Positions 1 through 7,980 are shown, numbered from the stretch's first letter. The stretch is DNA of 32,000 nt from Mycolicibacterium smegmatis (GCF_001457595.1 NZ_LN831039.1:1590001-1622000); one strand, 5' to 3'. Made by a program: numbers and translations. The notes: generated from the sequence alone by a model not told the origin.

Positions 1-495
1 GATGCCGGGGTTCTCGCCCCACGGTGCCGACGTGAGCGCCTGCGGTATGCGGAAACCGAACACATCGTCGAGCAACTGGTTGAGGTAGCCGCCCCAGCCG
101 ATCGAGGTCGCCGACATCGAGACGCCGTACTCCAGGAGCAGGCAGGCCGCCACACCCATTGCCACGAACTCGCCCATCGTGGTGTAGGCGTAGGAGTACG
201 TCGACCCCGAAACCGGCACGGCCGAGGCCATCTCGGCGTAACACAGCGCCGACAGACCGGCCGCGACACCCGCCAGGACGAACGAGACGAGCACCGCCGG
301 ACCGGCCTCCGGCACGGCTTCCTGCAGCACCAGGAATATGCCGGTGCCCACGGTCGCGCCGACGCCGAACAGCGTCAGCTGGAAGGTGCCGATACTTCGC
401 TTGAGATGATCGGACGCACCGTGGGCGACCGGGGCGCCGATGACGGGCCGGCGTCGCATCATCTGACCGGCCATGCTGGTGGGCGGGGCTAACAT
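1..495 (-). CDS. amino acid permease, APC / cationic amino-acid transporter family (5' part only; the gene runs off the window start)
   Basis: Absent from the ORF track because it is open to the window edge. Hand translation of the minus strand from ATG 495 (AGGAGG just upstream) gives MLAPPTSMAGQMMRRRPVIGAP...KRSIGTFQLTLFGVGATVGTGIFLVLQEAVPEAGPAVLVSFVLAGVAAGLSALCYAEMAS. This is a typical TM1-TM3 signature of APC permeases. It is RocE-like by its position 27 nt downstream of rocD. Confidence 0.8.
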   Translation of the reverse strand, partial: MLAPPTSMAGQMMRRRPVIGAPVAHGASDHLKRSIGTFQLTLFGVGATVGTGIFLVLQEAVPEAGPAVLVSFVLAGVAAGLSALCYAEMASAVPVSGSTYSYAYTTMGEFVAMGVAACLLLEYGVSMSATSIGWGGYLNQLLDDVFGFRIPQALTSAPWGENPGI

Positions 496-522
496 GGTGC
501 CTCCTAGGTGCCGATCAAGCGA

Positions 523-1791
523 TTATCGGCGCACCTCCGCCAGGGTGTCGGCGAATCGGTCAACCGCCCAATCGATCTCTTCGGACGTGACGACCAGCGG
601 CGGGGCGAACCGCAGCGTCGAACCGTGTGTGTCCTTGACCAGGACGCCGCGCTCGGCGAGCGCCACGCTGAGTTCCTTGCCGGTGCCGAGCGCCGGATCG
701 ATGTCCACCCCGGCCCACAGCCCCCGGCCCCGCACCGCGAGCACCCCGCGGCCGATCAGGTCCTGCAGGCGCGCGTGCAGGTGCGCACCGAGTTCGGTTG
801 AGCGCTGCTGGAACTCACCACGCCTGAGCATGGCCACCACGGTGCTGCCGATCGCCGTGGCCAGCGGGTTGCCGCCGAACGTCGACCCGTGCTCACCGGG
901 GTGCAACACGCCGAGCACGTCGCGGTCGGCGACCACGGCCGACAGCGGCACCACGCCGCCGCCGAGGGCCTTGCCCAGCAGATAGACGTCGGGCACCACG
1001 CCCCAGTGTTCGCACGCAAAGGTGCGGCCGGTGCGCGCCAGGCCGGACTGGATCTCGTCGGCGATCATCAGCACGTTGCGCTGCGTGCAGATCTCACGCA
1101 CCCGGGGCAGGAAGTCCGGCGGCGGCACGATGATGCCCGCCTCGCCCTGGATCGGTTCGAGGAGCACCGCGACCGTGTTGTCGTCGATGGCATCGGCCAC
1201 CGCGGCGGCGTCACCGAACGGCACGGACCGGAAACCGGGGGTGTACGGGCCGAACCCGCGGCGCGCGGTCTCGTCGTCGGAGAAGCTGATGATCGTGGTG
1301 GTGCGGCCGTGGAAGTTGTTGCGCGCCACCACGATGTTCGACTGGCCTGCTGCGACACCCTTGACGTCGGTGCCCCACTTGCGGGCCACCTTGATGCCGC
1401 TCTCGACGGCCTCGGCGCCGCTGTTCATCGGCAGGATCATGTCCTTGCCGCACAGTGTGGCCAGTGCTTGGGCGAACGGGCCGAGCTGATCGGAGTGGAA
1501 CGCGCGGCTCACCAGGGTCAGCCGGTCGAGCTGCGCGTGCGCGGTCGCGACGATCTCGGGATTGCGGTGCCCGAAGTTCACCGCCGAATAGGCGGCCAGG
1601 CAGTCCAGGTAGCGACGGCCTGTCACGTCGGTGATCCAGACACCCTCGGCGCTCGCCGCCACCACGGGAAGCGGCGAGTAGTTGTGCGCGACGTAGCGGT
1701 CGTCGAGTGCGATGGCCTCAGCGATGGAGGTGGCGGCCGCCCCGGCGTCGTGGGGGTCCAGGCCATGGTTCACGTTGTCCAGGATGGTCAT
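523..1791 (-). CDS. rocD: ornithine aminotransferase (class-III PLP aminotransferase)
   Basis: The track ORF 523..1815 carries class-III aminotransferase/OAT blocks: NYSPLPVV, DEIQSGLARTG, LLGKALGGG with the PLP lysine, and STFGGNPLA. I moved the start to ATG 1791 (MTILDNVNH...), which overlaps the upstream gene's stop as ATGA. Confidence 0.9.
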   Translation of the reverse strand: MTILDNVNHGLDPHDAGAAATSIAEAIALDDRYVAHNYSPLPVVAASAEGVWITDVTGRRYLDCLAAYSAVNFGHRNPEIVATAHAQLDRLTLVSRAFHSDQLGPFAQALATLCGKDMILPMNSGAEAVESGIKVARKWGTDVKGVAAGQSNIVVARNNFHGRTTTIISFSDDETARRGFGPYTPGFRSVPFGDAAAVADAIDDNTVAVLLEPIQGEAGIIVPPPDFLPRVREICTQRNVLMIADEIQSGLARTGRTFACEHWGVVPDVYLLGKALGGGVVPLSAVVADRDVLGVLHPGEHGSTFGGNPLATAIGSTVVAMLRRGEFQQRSTELGAHLHARLQDLIGRGVLAVRGRGLWAGVDIDPALGTGKELSVALAERGVLVKDTHGSTLRFAPPLVVTSEEIDWAVDRFADTLAEVRR

Positions 1792-2675
1792 GGGTGCAGC
1801 TCCAATGTGCAGCATTTGACGGATCCGCCGCCTTTGAGGAGTTCGGTGAGGTCGACACCGATCGGTTCGAAGCCGGCGTGACGCAATTGCTCGGCGAAAC
1901 CCGTTGCCGCCGCCGGCATCACCACGTTCTTCCCGTCGGAAACCACGTTGAGACCGAGCACGTAGGCATCGGCGGTGGCCACCTCGATCGCGTCGGGGTA
2001 CAGCTCCTGCAGGCGACGACGCGAGTCGGGGCTGAAGGCCGGCGGGTAGTAGGCGACGGTGGTGTCGTCGAGCACCGCCAGCGCGGTGTCGAGGTGATAG
2101 AACCGCGGGTCGACAAGCTCAAGGCTGACGACCGGAAGCCCGGTGATCGCCGCGATCTCGTCGTACGCGCGGCGGTCGGTGCGGAACCCCCACCCGGCCA
2201 ACAGGTTCGGACCGACCAGCAGCAGGTCGCCCTGACCCTCGTTGACGTGCTGGGTGAAGACGGGGTCGAGCCCGAGGGCGGCCGCCCACTCGGCGTACGC
2301 GTCGGCCTCGGGTGCGCGCTGCGGGTAGGCGAAGCGCGCGATCACGGCCGTGCGCCCGACGATGAATCCGCCGTTGGCGGCGTAGACCATGTCGGGCAGG
2401 CCCGCCCGCGGCGGCACCAGGTCGACGGTGTGGCCGAGGTCGCGGTAGATGTCGTGCAGTGCGCGCCACTGGTCAAGCGCGCGTTGCGTGTCCACCGGGG
2501 TCGTGACGTCCATCCACGGATTGATGGCGTATTCGACGGTGAAGTGGTCGGGAGCGGTCATGGCGTAGTGGCGGACGGTGGACCTGCGTGCCGGCGGAGC
2601 GGCGACGTCAGCCGAGGGGCCGTGCTGATCCGGGCGGACACGGTCATTCCAGATGACATCGTCGGAAATCGTCAT
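1788..2675 (-). CDS. amidinotransferase-fold protein (dimethylarginine dimethylaminohydrolase / arginine-deiminase-like; Rv2323c-like)
   Basis: Track ORF 1788..2759. The protein has FTVEYAINPWMD near the N-terminus and a C-terminal GGGSVKCCTLEL with the catalytic-Cys motif of the guanidino-group-modifying superfamily. The start is probably ATG 2675 (MTISDD...); an internal ATG (MTAPDHF...) is an alternative. Confidence 0.8.
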   Translation of the reverse strand: MTISDDVIWNDRVRPDQHGPSADVAAPPARRSTVRHYAMTAPDHFTVEYAINPWMDVTTPVDTQRALDQWRALHDIYRDLGHTVDLVPPRAGLPDMVYAANGGFIVGRTAVIARFAYPQRAPEADAYAEWAAALGLDPVFTQHVNEGQGDLLLVGPNLLAGWGFRTDRRAYDEIAAITGLPVVSLELVDPRFYHLDTALAVLDDTTVAYYPPAFSPDSRRRLQELYPDAIEVATADAYVLGLNVVSDGKNVVMPAAATGFAEQLRHAGFEPIGVDLTELLKGGGSVKCCTLELHP

Positions 2676-2720
2676 GATTCGACGATATGAACCCCTGATC
2701 ACGCAATCAATCGTGAGAAC

Positions 2721-2747
2721 TTGCGCGATATACAGCGATATATTGCG
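2721..2747. promoter_or_regulatory. AT-rich phased direct repeats in the divergent roc / Lrp promoter region (candidate Lrp/AsnC operator)
   Basis: The sequence is TTGCG-CGATATA-CA-GCGATATA-TTGCG. GCGATATA occurs at 2725..2732 and 2735..2742, exactly 10 bp apart, flanked by TTGCG at 2721 and 2743. This is the most AT-rich patch of the 113-bp intergenic region. Confidence 0.3.
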
Positions 2748-2788
2748 TCTGGAACACATTCGCGTCGATTTCTTGCACAGGAGTGGAT

Positions 2789-3235
2789 ATGCCCCGGGTG
2801 GACGAGACGGACGAGCGGATTCTGGGCGTTCTCGCCGAGGATGCGCGGGCCACCTACGCCGAGATCGGAGCGCAGGTGAACCTGTCGGCCCCGGCGGTCA
2901 AGAGGCGTGTGGACCGCATGCTGGCCGACGGCGTCATCCGCGGTTTCACGACCGTCGTCGACCGCAACGTTCTGGGCTGGAACACCGAGGCGTACGTGCA
3001 GGTGTTCTGCCACGGCACCATCGCGCCCGACGAACTGCGGGCGGCGTGGGTGGACATCCCCGAGGTGGTCGGCGCGGCCACGGTCACCGGAACCGCCGAC
3101 GCCATCCTGCATGTGTTGGCCCGCGACATGCGCCACCTGGAGGAGGCACTGGAACGCATCCGGGCCTCGGCCGACATCGAGCGCAGCGAGAGCATCGTCG
3201 TCCTGTCGAACATCATCGAACGTGCACGTGGTTGA
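2789..3235 (+). CDS. Lrp/AsnC family transcriptional regulator
   Basis: MPRVDETDERILGVLAEDARATYAEIGAQVNLSAPAVKRRVDRMLADGVIRGFT is a classic AsnC-type HTH, followed by an RAM domain. The track starts at GTG 2783. ATG 2789 is better placed behind the GGAG at 2780..2783. Confidence 0.9.
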   Translation: MPRVDETDERILGVLAEDARATYAEIGAQVNLSAPAVKRRVDRMLADGVIRGFTTVVDRNVLGWNTEAYVQVFCHGTIAPDELRAAWVDIPEVVGAATVTGTADAILHVLARDMRHLEEALERIRASADIERSESIVVLSNIIERARG

Positions 3236-3304
3236 CCATCAAGATCAATTGGTTAGCTGTGGGGTGACGCACACCTGCGCCTGTCGATCGTGTAAAAAGC
3301 CCTC

Positions 3305-4492
3305 GTGACCACTTCAGCGCATTCTGCGGGCATCGTGATCGTCGGTGGTGGCCTGGCCGCCACCCGGACTGCCGAACAGCTGCGCCGTTCGGAGTACGCC
3401 GGGCCGATCACCATCGTCAGCGACGAGGACCATCTGCCGTACGACCGTCCGCCGCTGTCGAAGGAAGTCCTGCGCGCGGAGAACGACGACGTCACGCTCA
3501 AGCCGGCCGAGTTCTACGAAGAGAACAACATCACCCTGCGGCTCGGGTCGGGTGCGCAGTCGGTGGACACGGCCGCCCAGACCGTCCGGCTTGCCGACGG
3601 CAGCGAACTTCCTTACGACGAACTCGTGATCGCCACCGGGCTGGTGCCCAAGCGGATCGGTTCGTTCCCCGATCTGCAGGGGATCCGTGTGCTGCGCACC
3701 TACGACGAGAGCATGGCGCTGCGTGAGGACGCCAGGAAGGCCTCGCGTGCCGTGGTGATCGGTGCCGGCTTCATCGGCTGTGAGGTCGCGGCGAGCCTGC
3801 GCAAGCTCGGTGTCGACGTGGTGCTGGTCGAACCGCAGCCGACCCCGCTGGCGTCGGTGCTGGGCGAGAAGATCGGTGCGCTGGTGACCCGCCTGCACCG
3901 GGCCGAGGGCGTCGACGTCCGCTGCGGCGTCGGCGTGACCGAGGTGCGCGGCACCCAGAACGTCGAGACCGTGGTGCTCGCCGACGGCACGGAACTGGAG
4001 GCCGACCTGGTGATCGTGGGCATCGGCTCACGCCCGTCGGTGGACTGGCTAAAAGGCAGCGGCATCGAGGTGGACAACGGTGTCGTGTGCGACGAGGTGG
4101 GACGCACGAGTGCGCCGCACGTGTGGGCGATCGGTGACGTCGCGTCATGGCGCGATCACGTGGGTGGTCAAGTGCGCGTTGAGCATTGGAGCAATGTCGC
4201 CGACCAGGCGCGTGCCATGGTGCCCGCGCTGCTGGGGCAGGAGGCCTCGGCCGTCGTGTCGGTGCCGTACTTCTGGAGCGACCAGTACGACGTCAAGATC
4301 CAGTGCCTCGGCGAGCCGGAATCCGACGACACCGTCCACATCGTCGAGGACGACGGTCGCAAGTTCCTGGCCTACTACGAGCGTGACGGCGTGCTCGTCG
4401 GCGTGGTCGGCGGCGGCATGCCCGGCAAGGTCATGAAGACCCGCGGCAAGATCGCCGCCGGTGCGCCAATTGCCGAGGTCCTCGGCGGCTGA
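3305..4492 (+). CDS. FAD-dependent ferredoxin reductase-type pyridine-nucleotide-disulfide oxidoreductase (Rv0688-like)
   Basis: Two Rossmann motifs are present (IVIVGGGLAATRTA and VVIGAGFIGCEVAASL), plus WAIGDVA and a C-terminal reductase dimerisation region. The architecture resembles putidaredoxin/ferredoxin reductases. Confidence 0.85.
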   Translation: MTTSAHSAGIVIVGGGLAATRTAEQLRRSEYAGPITIVSDEDHLPYDRPPLSKEVLRAENDDVTLKPAEFYEENNITLRLGSGAQSVDTAAQTVRLADGSELPYDELVIATGLVPKRIGSFPDLQGIRVLRTYDESMALREDARKASRAVVIGAGFIGCEVAASLRKLGVDVVLVEPQPTPLASVLGEKIGALVTRLHRAEGVDVRCGVGVTEVRGTQNVETVVLADGTELEADLVIVGIGSRPSVDWLKGSGIEVDNGVVCDEVGRTSAPHVWAIGDVASWRDHVGGQVRVEHWSNVADQARAMVPALLGQEASAVVSVPYFWSDQYDVKIQCLGEPESDDTVHIVEDDGRKFLAYYERDGVLVGVVGGGMPGKVMKTRGKIAAGAPIAEVLGG

Positions 4493-4499
4493 CGCCGCA

Positions 4500-4552
4500 G
4501 CGATTTGTGGAGTTTTACCGGCGCTCAGCGCACGGAAAACTCCACAAATCGC
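4500..4552. terminator. bidirectional hairpin terminator (perfect 17-bp inverted repeat, 19-nt loop)
   Basis: GCGATTTGTGGAGTTTT (4500..4516) pairs with AAAACTCCACAAATCGC (4536..4552). It lies 8 nt after the plus-strand stop at 4492 and 4 nt before the minus-strand stop at 4557. The T/A runs sit at the loop-proximal ends of the arms rather than trailing the stem, so it is I-shaped and not a canonical L-shaped intrinsic terminator. Confidence 0.6.
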
Positions 4553-4556
4553 CTAC

Positions 4557-5840
4557 TCAGAACTCGCCCAGATAGAAGCGGGCGCCCTGATCGTCGGTGC
4601 ATTCGGCCATCAGCCCGTACGGTTGCCGCGCCGGTGCGCTGATCACTGTGCCGCCGGCCTCGCGTACGCGCGTGACCGCGGCGTCGATGTCGGCGACGGT
4701 CCACATGGGCACCGTTGTGGCGCGGTCGCTTCCACCGGCCATGCCCGACATCGGTTGGCAGTTCTGCACGCCCCAGCCGTCGGCGATACGGCCCGGTTCG
4801 AACGTCCAGGACAGGACGTGGCCGTAGAACTCCTTGAACGCCGCGGAATCCGGCACGTTGTAGGTGATGTACGAAAGTGACCCGGGCCCAGTGCCGTTGA
4901 CCGCAGGCCGCGGTGTGCCCGGTACGGGCTCGAACACCGCGAACGCCGTACCCGCCGGATCGGTCGCGTCCAGCACGGTTCCGAACTCGGACTCCCGCAC
5001 CTCGCCGGGCGTGCCGCCACCGGCGGTGATCGCCCGGCGGGCCGCGTCCAGATCGTCGACGGCGTAACAGCAGAACATCGTGGGTGCTCCCGCGACACTG
5101 AAGATGCCGATGTGCTCCTGCGTGTTGGTGACCTGACGGGTGGCCGGGTCGTAGGTCCAGCCGAGGACGTGTCCGTAGAACGCGGCGGCCCGGTCGGCGT
5201 CGGGCACCCACACCGAGACGTAGCCGACGTCACCGTGCCGGATCGCCTCGACCGGTACGCGAACACCCACCGGCCCGGACAGCATCCAGCGGTGACCGGA
5301 CGGGTCGATGAAGGTGGCATTGCGCGTGCCGTGGTCCTCGTACGGTTCGCGCTGCACCCGGGCGCCATGTGCCGCGGCCCGCGCGAGCGCGGCGTCGGTG
5401 TCAGGTACCGACAACATGAGGCTCACCGAGACAGCGTTGGGTGCAGGGGCTTTCAGGCCGATTTCGGGGAATTCGTCGGCGAGGTAGAGCACGCCGCCTG
5501 CGAGCAACAGTTCGGCGTGGCCGATGCGTCCGTCGTCCATCACGATCGGATCGCCGAGCACACGTGCGCCGAGTGCGTCGACGTAGAAACCGATGGCCGC
5601 GCGGGCGTCGGCGACGGTGAGGTAGGAGATCACCGCAGGGCGCGGCGCCGCCTGCGACGGCGACTTGAGTTCTGCGATGGCGGTATCGGTGCCGGTCATG
5701 ACGACTCCTTCGGTTCGGTTGGGGAGTGTGAGTGCCGCCTCCAGACGTGCGCGCAACCGCGCCACGAACTCCGGGTCCGGGGCAACCGGAGGCTCGTCGT
5801 GCTGGTGCAGCACGGTCAGCGGGTCGTGATCTGCGTTCAC
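4557..5840 (-). CDS. three-domain VOC (glyoxalase/bleomycin-resistance/dioxygenase) family protein with a ~45-aa N-terminal non-VOC segment
   Basis: This is the C-terminal 427 codons of track ORF 4557..6176. Three repeats of the VOC fold are visible: ISYLTVADARAAIGFYVDALG..., VGYVSVWVPDADRAAAFYGHVLGW..., and LSYITYNVPDSAAFKEFYGHVLSW.... The start is set at GTG 5840, preceded by GGAGGAG, overlapping the sigma-factor stop as GTGA. Confidence 0.8.
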   Translation of the reverse strand: MNADHDPLTVLHQHDEPPVAPDPEFVARLRARLEAALTLPNRTEGVVMTGTDTAIAELKSPSQAAPRPAVISYLTVADARAAIGFYVDALGARVLGDPIVMDDGRIGHAELLLAGGVLYLADEFPEIGLKAPAPNAVSVSLMLSVPDTDAALARAAAHGARVQREPYEDHGTRNATFIDPSGHRWMLSGPVGVRVPVEAIRHGDVGYVSVWVPDADRAAAFYGHVLGWTYDPATRQVTNTQEHIGIFSVAGAPTMFCCYAVDDLDAARRAITAGGGTPGEVRESEFGTVLDATDPAGTAFAVFEPVPGTPRPAVNGTGPGSLSYITYNVPDSAAFKEFYGHVLSWTFEPGRIADGWGVQNCQPMSGMAGGSDRATTVPMWTVADIDAAVTRVREAGGTVISAPARQPYGLMAECTDDQGARFYLGEF

Positions 5841-6361
5841 GGCGCTCCTCCTTCCGACTGTGAGTCCCGTGGGTACTGCGCTCGAAATGCCTTGCGGGCC
5901 CGTACCAGAAGGGCCTCGGTGGCGTGCACTGTGCGACCGATGAGCTCGGCGCACTCGGGCACCGAACAGTCGTCCATGTAGCGCAGCGCGAGTACGGTGC
6001 GATGCTGCTCGGGTAACCGTGCCAGCACAGCCTCGGCGACGATGCGGTCCACGGCGGCGTCCCAGTTGTCGGCCGGGTCGTCCGGTTCGGGCAGTTCCGC
6101 CACGGGAACGCTGAACCGGTCGTGCCTGCGGCGGTAGTGGTCGGCGAGCTTGTGCCGTGCCACGCCGATCAGCCACGGCACCGTCATGGGCGGCGGCGAC
6201 GGTTTGCGCGCGGCATCCATGGCCGCGAGGAACGTCTCAGACGTCAGATCCTCGGCGGTCCCGCGGTCACCGCAGCGCCGGACGAAGTATCCGTACACCA
6301 CCGGCAAGGCCTCGTCGTAGAGCCTCAGCAGTGCCCGCGGAGCATCTGTTTCGGCACTCAC
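5837..6361 (-). CDS. ECF (group 4) RNA polymerase sigma-70 factor
   Basis: The 174-aa protein has region 2 (VYGYFVRRCGDRGTAEDLTSETFLAA) and region 4 HTH (LPEQHRTVLALRYMDDCSVPECAELIGRTVHATEALLVRARKAF). It has a GTG start. Confidence 0.9.
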   Translation of the reverse strand: MSAETDAPRALLRLYDEALPVVYGYFVRRCGDRGTAEDLTSETFLAAMDAARKPSPPPMTVPWLIGVARHKLADHYRRRHDRFSVPVAELPEPDDPADNWDAAVDRIVAEAVLARLPEQHRTVLALRYMDDCSVPECAELIGRTVHATEALLVRARKAFRAQYPRDSQSEGGAP

Positions 6362-6473
6362 ACCCTTATCGTCGCGTCAGGACGCCGAACTCCGACGGTC
6401 CTCGGGCGAAAATTTTCTCGAGCACCCGAAAAATGGCTCGCGACCGTGGCCGGTTTGGGCCAGGCTGGGTTCG

Positions 6474-7184
6474 ATGATCGAGCAATTCACGCGTGACGGA
6501 TTCGTCAAACTGACACGGGTCGTCGATGTCGAGGTCGCTGACGCGGCAAGGGAATTGCTGTGGGAGCGCATCGGTCTCTCACCGGACGGTCCGTGGACCG
6601 AGCCTGTGGTGTGGACCAACGACTTCACCAATGCGGGCCCGTTCGGCCGGCTGACCAGCAGTCCCGTGCTGATCGAAGCCCTCGATCAGCTGTGCGGACC
6701 CGGTGGATGGGTGCGGCGTTTCGTGCTGGGAAACATCCCCGTGCGTTTTCCGGTCCTGCCTGCCGCAGATGACCGGGGCTGGCACATCGACGCGAACACC
6801 CCCGTGGACGACGGCACCTGGGCGGTGACCGGCAGGCCGCACACCATGCTGCTGCTGACCCTGCTCTCAGAGGTGGGGCCCGACGACGCGCCGACGCGTA
6901 TCCGCGTGGGATCGCACCGCGACGCCGCGGCCGTGCTGGGCCCCGAACCCGTCGAATTCACGGCCTCGGGCCCGCTGCTGGACCGCGCGAGTGCGGACCG
7001 TCCGGTCGCAACGGCCACCGGGCAGGCAGGGGACATGTACCTGGTGCACCCGTTCACGGTGCATGCCGCCGACGAACACCGTGGCACGCGGCCACGTTTC
7101 ATGGCGCAGACGCCGATCATGCTGACCGAGCCGCTGAGTCCCGACCGTTCGGGACCGCTGGTCAGCGCCTGGCATCCCGAGTGA
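6474..7184 (+). CDS. phytanoyl-CoA dioxygenase (PhyH) family Fe(II)/2-oxoglutarate-dependent oxygenase
   Basis: N-terminal FTRDGFVKL, an HxD motif (WHID) and a distal His (YLVHPFTVHAA) fit the PhyH facial triad. Confidence 0.7.
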   Translation: MIEQFTRDGFVKLTRVVDVEVADAARELLWERIGLSPDGPWTEPVVWTNDFTNAGPFGRLTSSPVLIEALDQLCGPGGWVRRFVLGNIPVRFPVLPAADDRGWHIDANTPVDDGTWAVTGRPHTMLLLTLLSEVGPDDAPTRIRVGSHRDAAAVLGPEPVEFTASGPLLDRASADRPVATATGQAGDMYLVHPFTVHAADEHRGTRPRFMAQTPIMLTEPLSPDRSGPLVSAWHPE

Positions 7185-7787
7185 TCAGTGCGCGGGTTGC
7201 AGCGCATCCAGACCGGGGCGGGCCACCTCGAACGCGGCGGCGATGGCACCGCGAAGTGACACCGACTCGTCGGCCAGCCAGTTCTCGTAGGCCGACAGCG
7301 CGACGCCGAGCATCAGCCACGCCACGGTTTGCGGCATCAGATCCGTGGTGGACATGCCGAGGCGGTCGGCGACGTACTCGGCGATGACGGTACGCCAGCC
7401 GGCGTACATGGTCATCGAATACGCCTGCAGCTCTTCGGTTTCCAGGATCACGCGCATACGCTGCCGGTGCTCGGCCATCTCGTGGTCGGCGTAGGTGTTG
7501 AAGGTCAGCAGTGCCTCGCGCAGGGCGTCGCCGAGTGACACCTCGGAGCTGAGGGTCCTCAGCAGGTTCTGCAGGTGCTGCAGGTGTGAGTCGAAATCAC
7601 CCCACGGGATGGCGCTCTTGGAGGCGTAGTACCGGAACAGGGTCCGTCGCGAGATGCCCGCGGCGGCCGCGACGTCGTCGACGCTGACCGCGTCGAACCC
7701 TCGGGCCGCGAACAGATCGATCGCCACGCCGGCGATGTGGTCCTGCGTGGTGGAGCGGCGACGCCCCGCGCGGGAACCCTCGGACAT
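7185..7787 (-). CDS. mftR: TetR family transcriptional regulator of the mycofactocin locus
   Basis: TetR HTH ([41 protein letters not shown]). It is divergent from mftA, as in Rv0691c. Confidence 0.9.
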   Translation of the reverse strand: MSEGSRAGRRRSTTQDHIAGVAIDLFAARGFDAVSVDDVAAAAGISRRTLFRYYASKSAIPWGDFDSHLQHLQNLLRTLSSEVSLGDALREALLTFNTYADHEMAEHRQRMRVILETEELQAYSMTMYAGWRTVIAEYVADRLGMSTTDLMPQTVAWLMLGVALSAYENWLADESVSLRGAIAAAFEVARPGLDALQPAH

Positions 7788-7825
7788 CTCTCACACCCCC
7801 TCTTCCATTCTGGCACTCGATGCCA

Positions 7826-7857
7826 TATATTTGCGATCTCGATCACAACTGTCGAGA
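7826..7857 (+). promoter_or_regulatory. candidate mftA promoter -10 (TATATT) and inverted-repeat operator
   Basis: TATATT at 7826..7831 lies in an AT-rich patch. It is followed by TCTCGA-N9-TCGAGA (7837..7857), about 26 nt upstream of the mftA ATG. Confidence 0.35.
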
Positions 7858-7882
7858 CCATACGCGACGAAAGGGAGTCCAC

Positions 7883-7978
7883 ATGGAACCGAATCAGCAC
7901 GTCGAGGCCGAGACCGAACTCGTCACCGAGACTCTCGTGGAAGAGGTCTCGATCGACGGTATGTGCGGGGTCTACTGA
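7883..7978 (+). CDS. mftA: mycofactocin precursor peptide
   Basis: Hand translation gives [31 protein letters not shown]. The conserved C-terminal IDGMCGVY is present and AAGGGAG lies 5 nt upstream. The gene is too short for the ORF track. Confidence 0.95.
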   Translation: MEPNQHVEAETELVTETLVEEVSIDGMCGVY

Positions 7979-7980
7979 CC

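Noticed and set aside
889-1881. Long ORFs antisense to well-supported genes. Examples: 889..1881 (+), 1707..2690 (+), 8292..9473 (-), 9089..10750 (-), 16562..17998 (+), 18150..19268 (+), 19316..20509 (-), 22228..23172 (-), 23774..25246 (-) and 28560..30113 (+).
   Set aside because: All lie opposite genes with clear family motifs. Their translations are Arg/Gly/Pro/His/Asp-rich low-complexity strings with no recognisable domains. Such stop-free antisense frames are expected in DNA with high third-position GC.
4557-6176. The 539-aa ORF read as a single protein.
   Set aside because: Its first ~110 residues are Arg/Gly/Pro-rich and overlap the ECF sigma gene in another frame. A GTG at 5840 with a GGAGGAG Shine-Dalgarno and a GTGA stop/start overlap gives a sensible 427-aa VOC protein.
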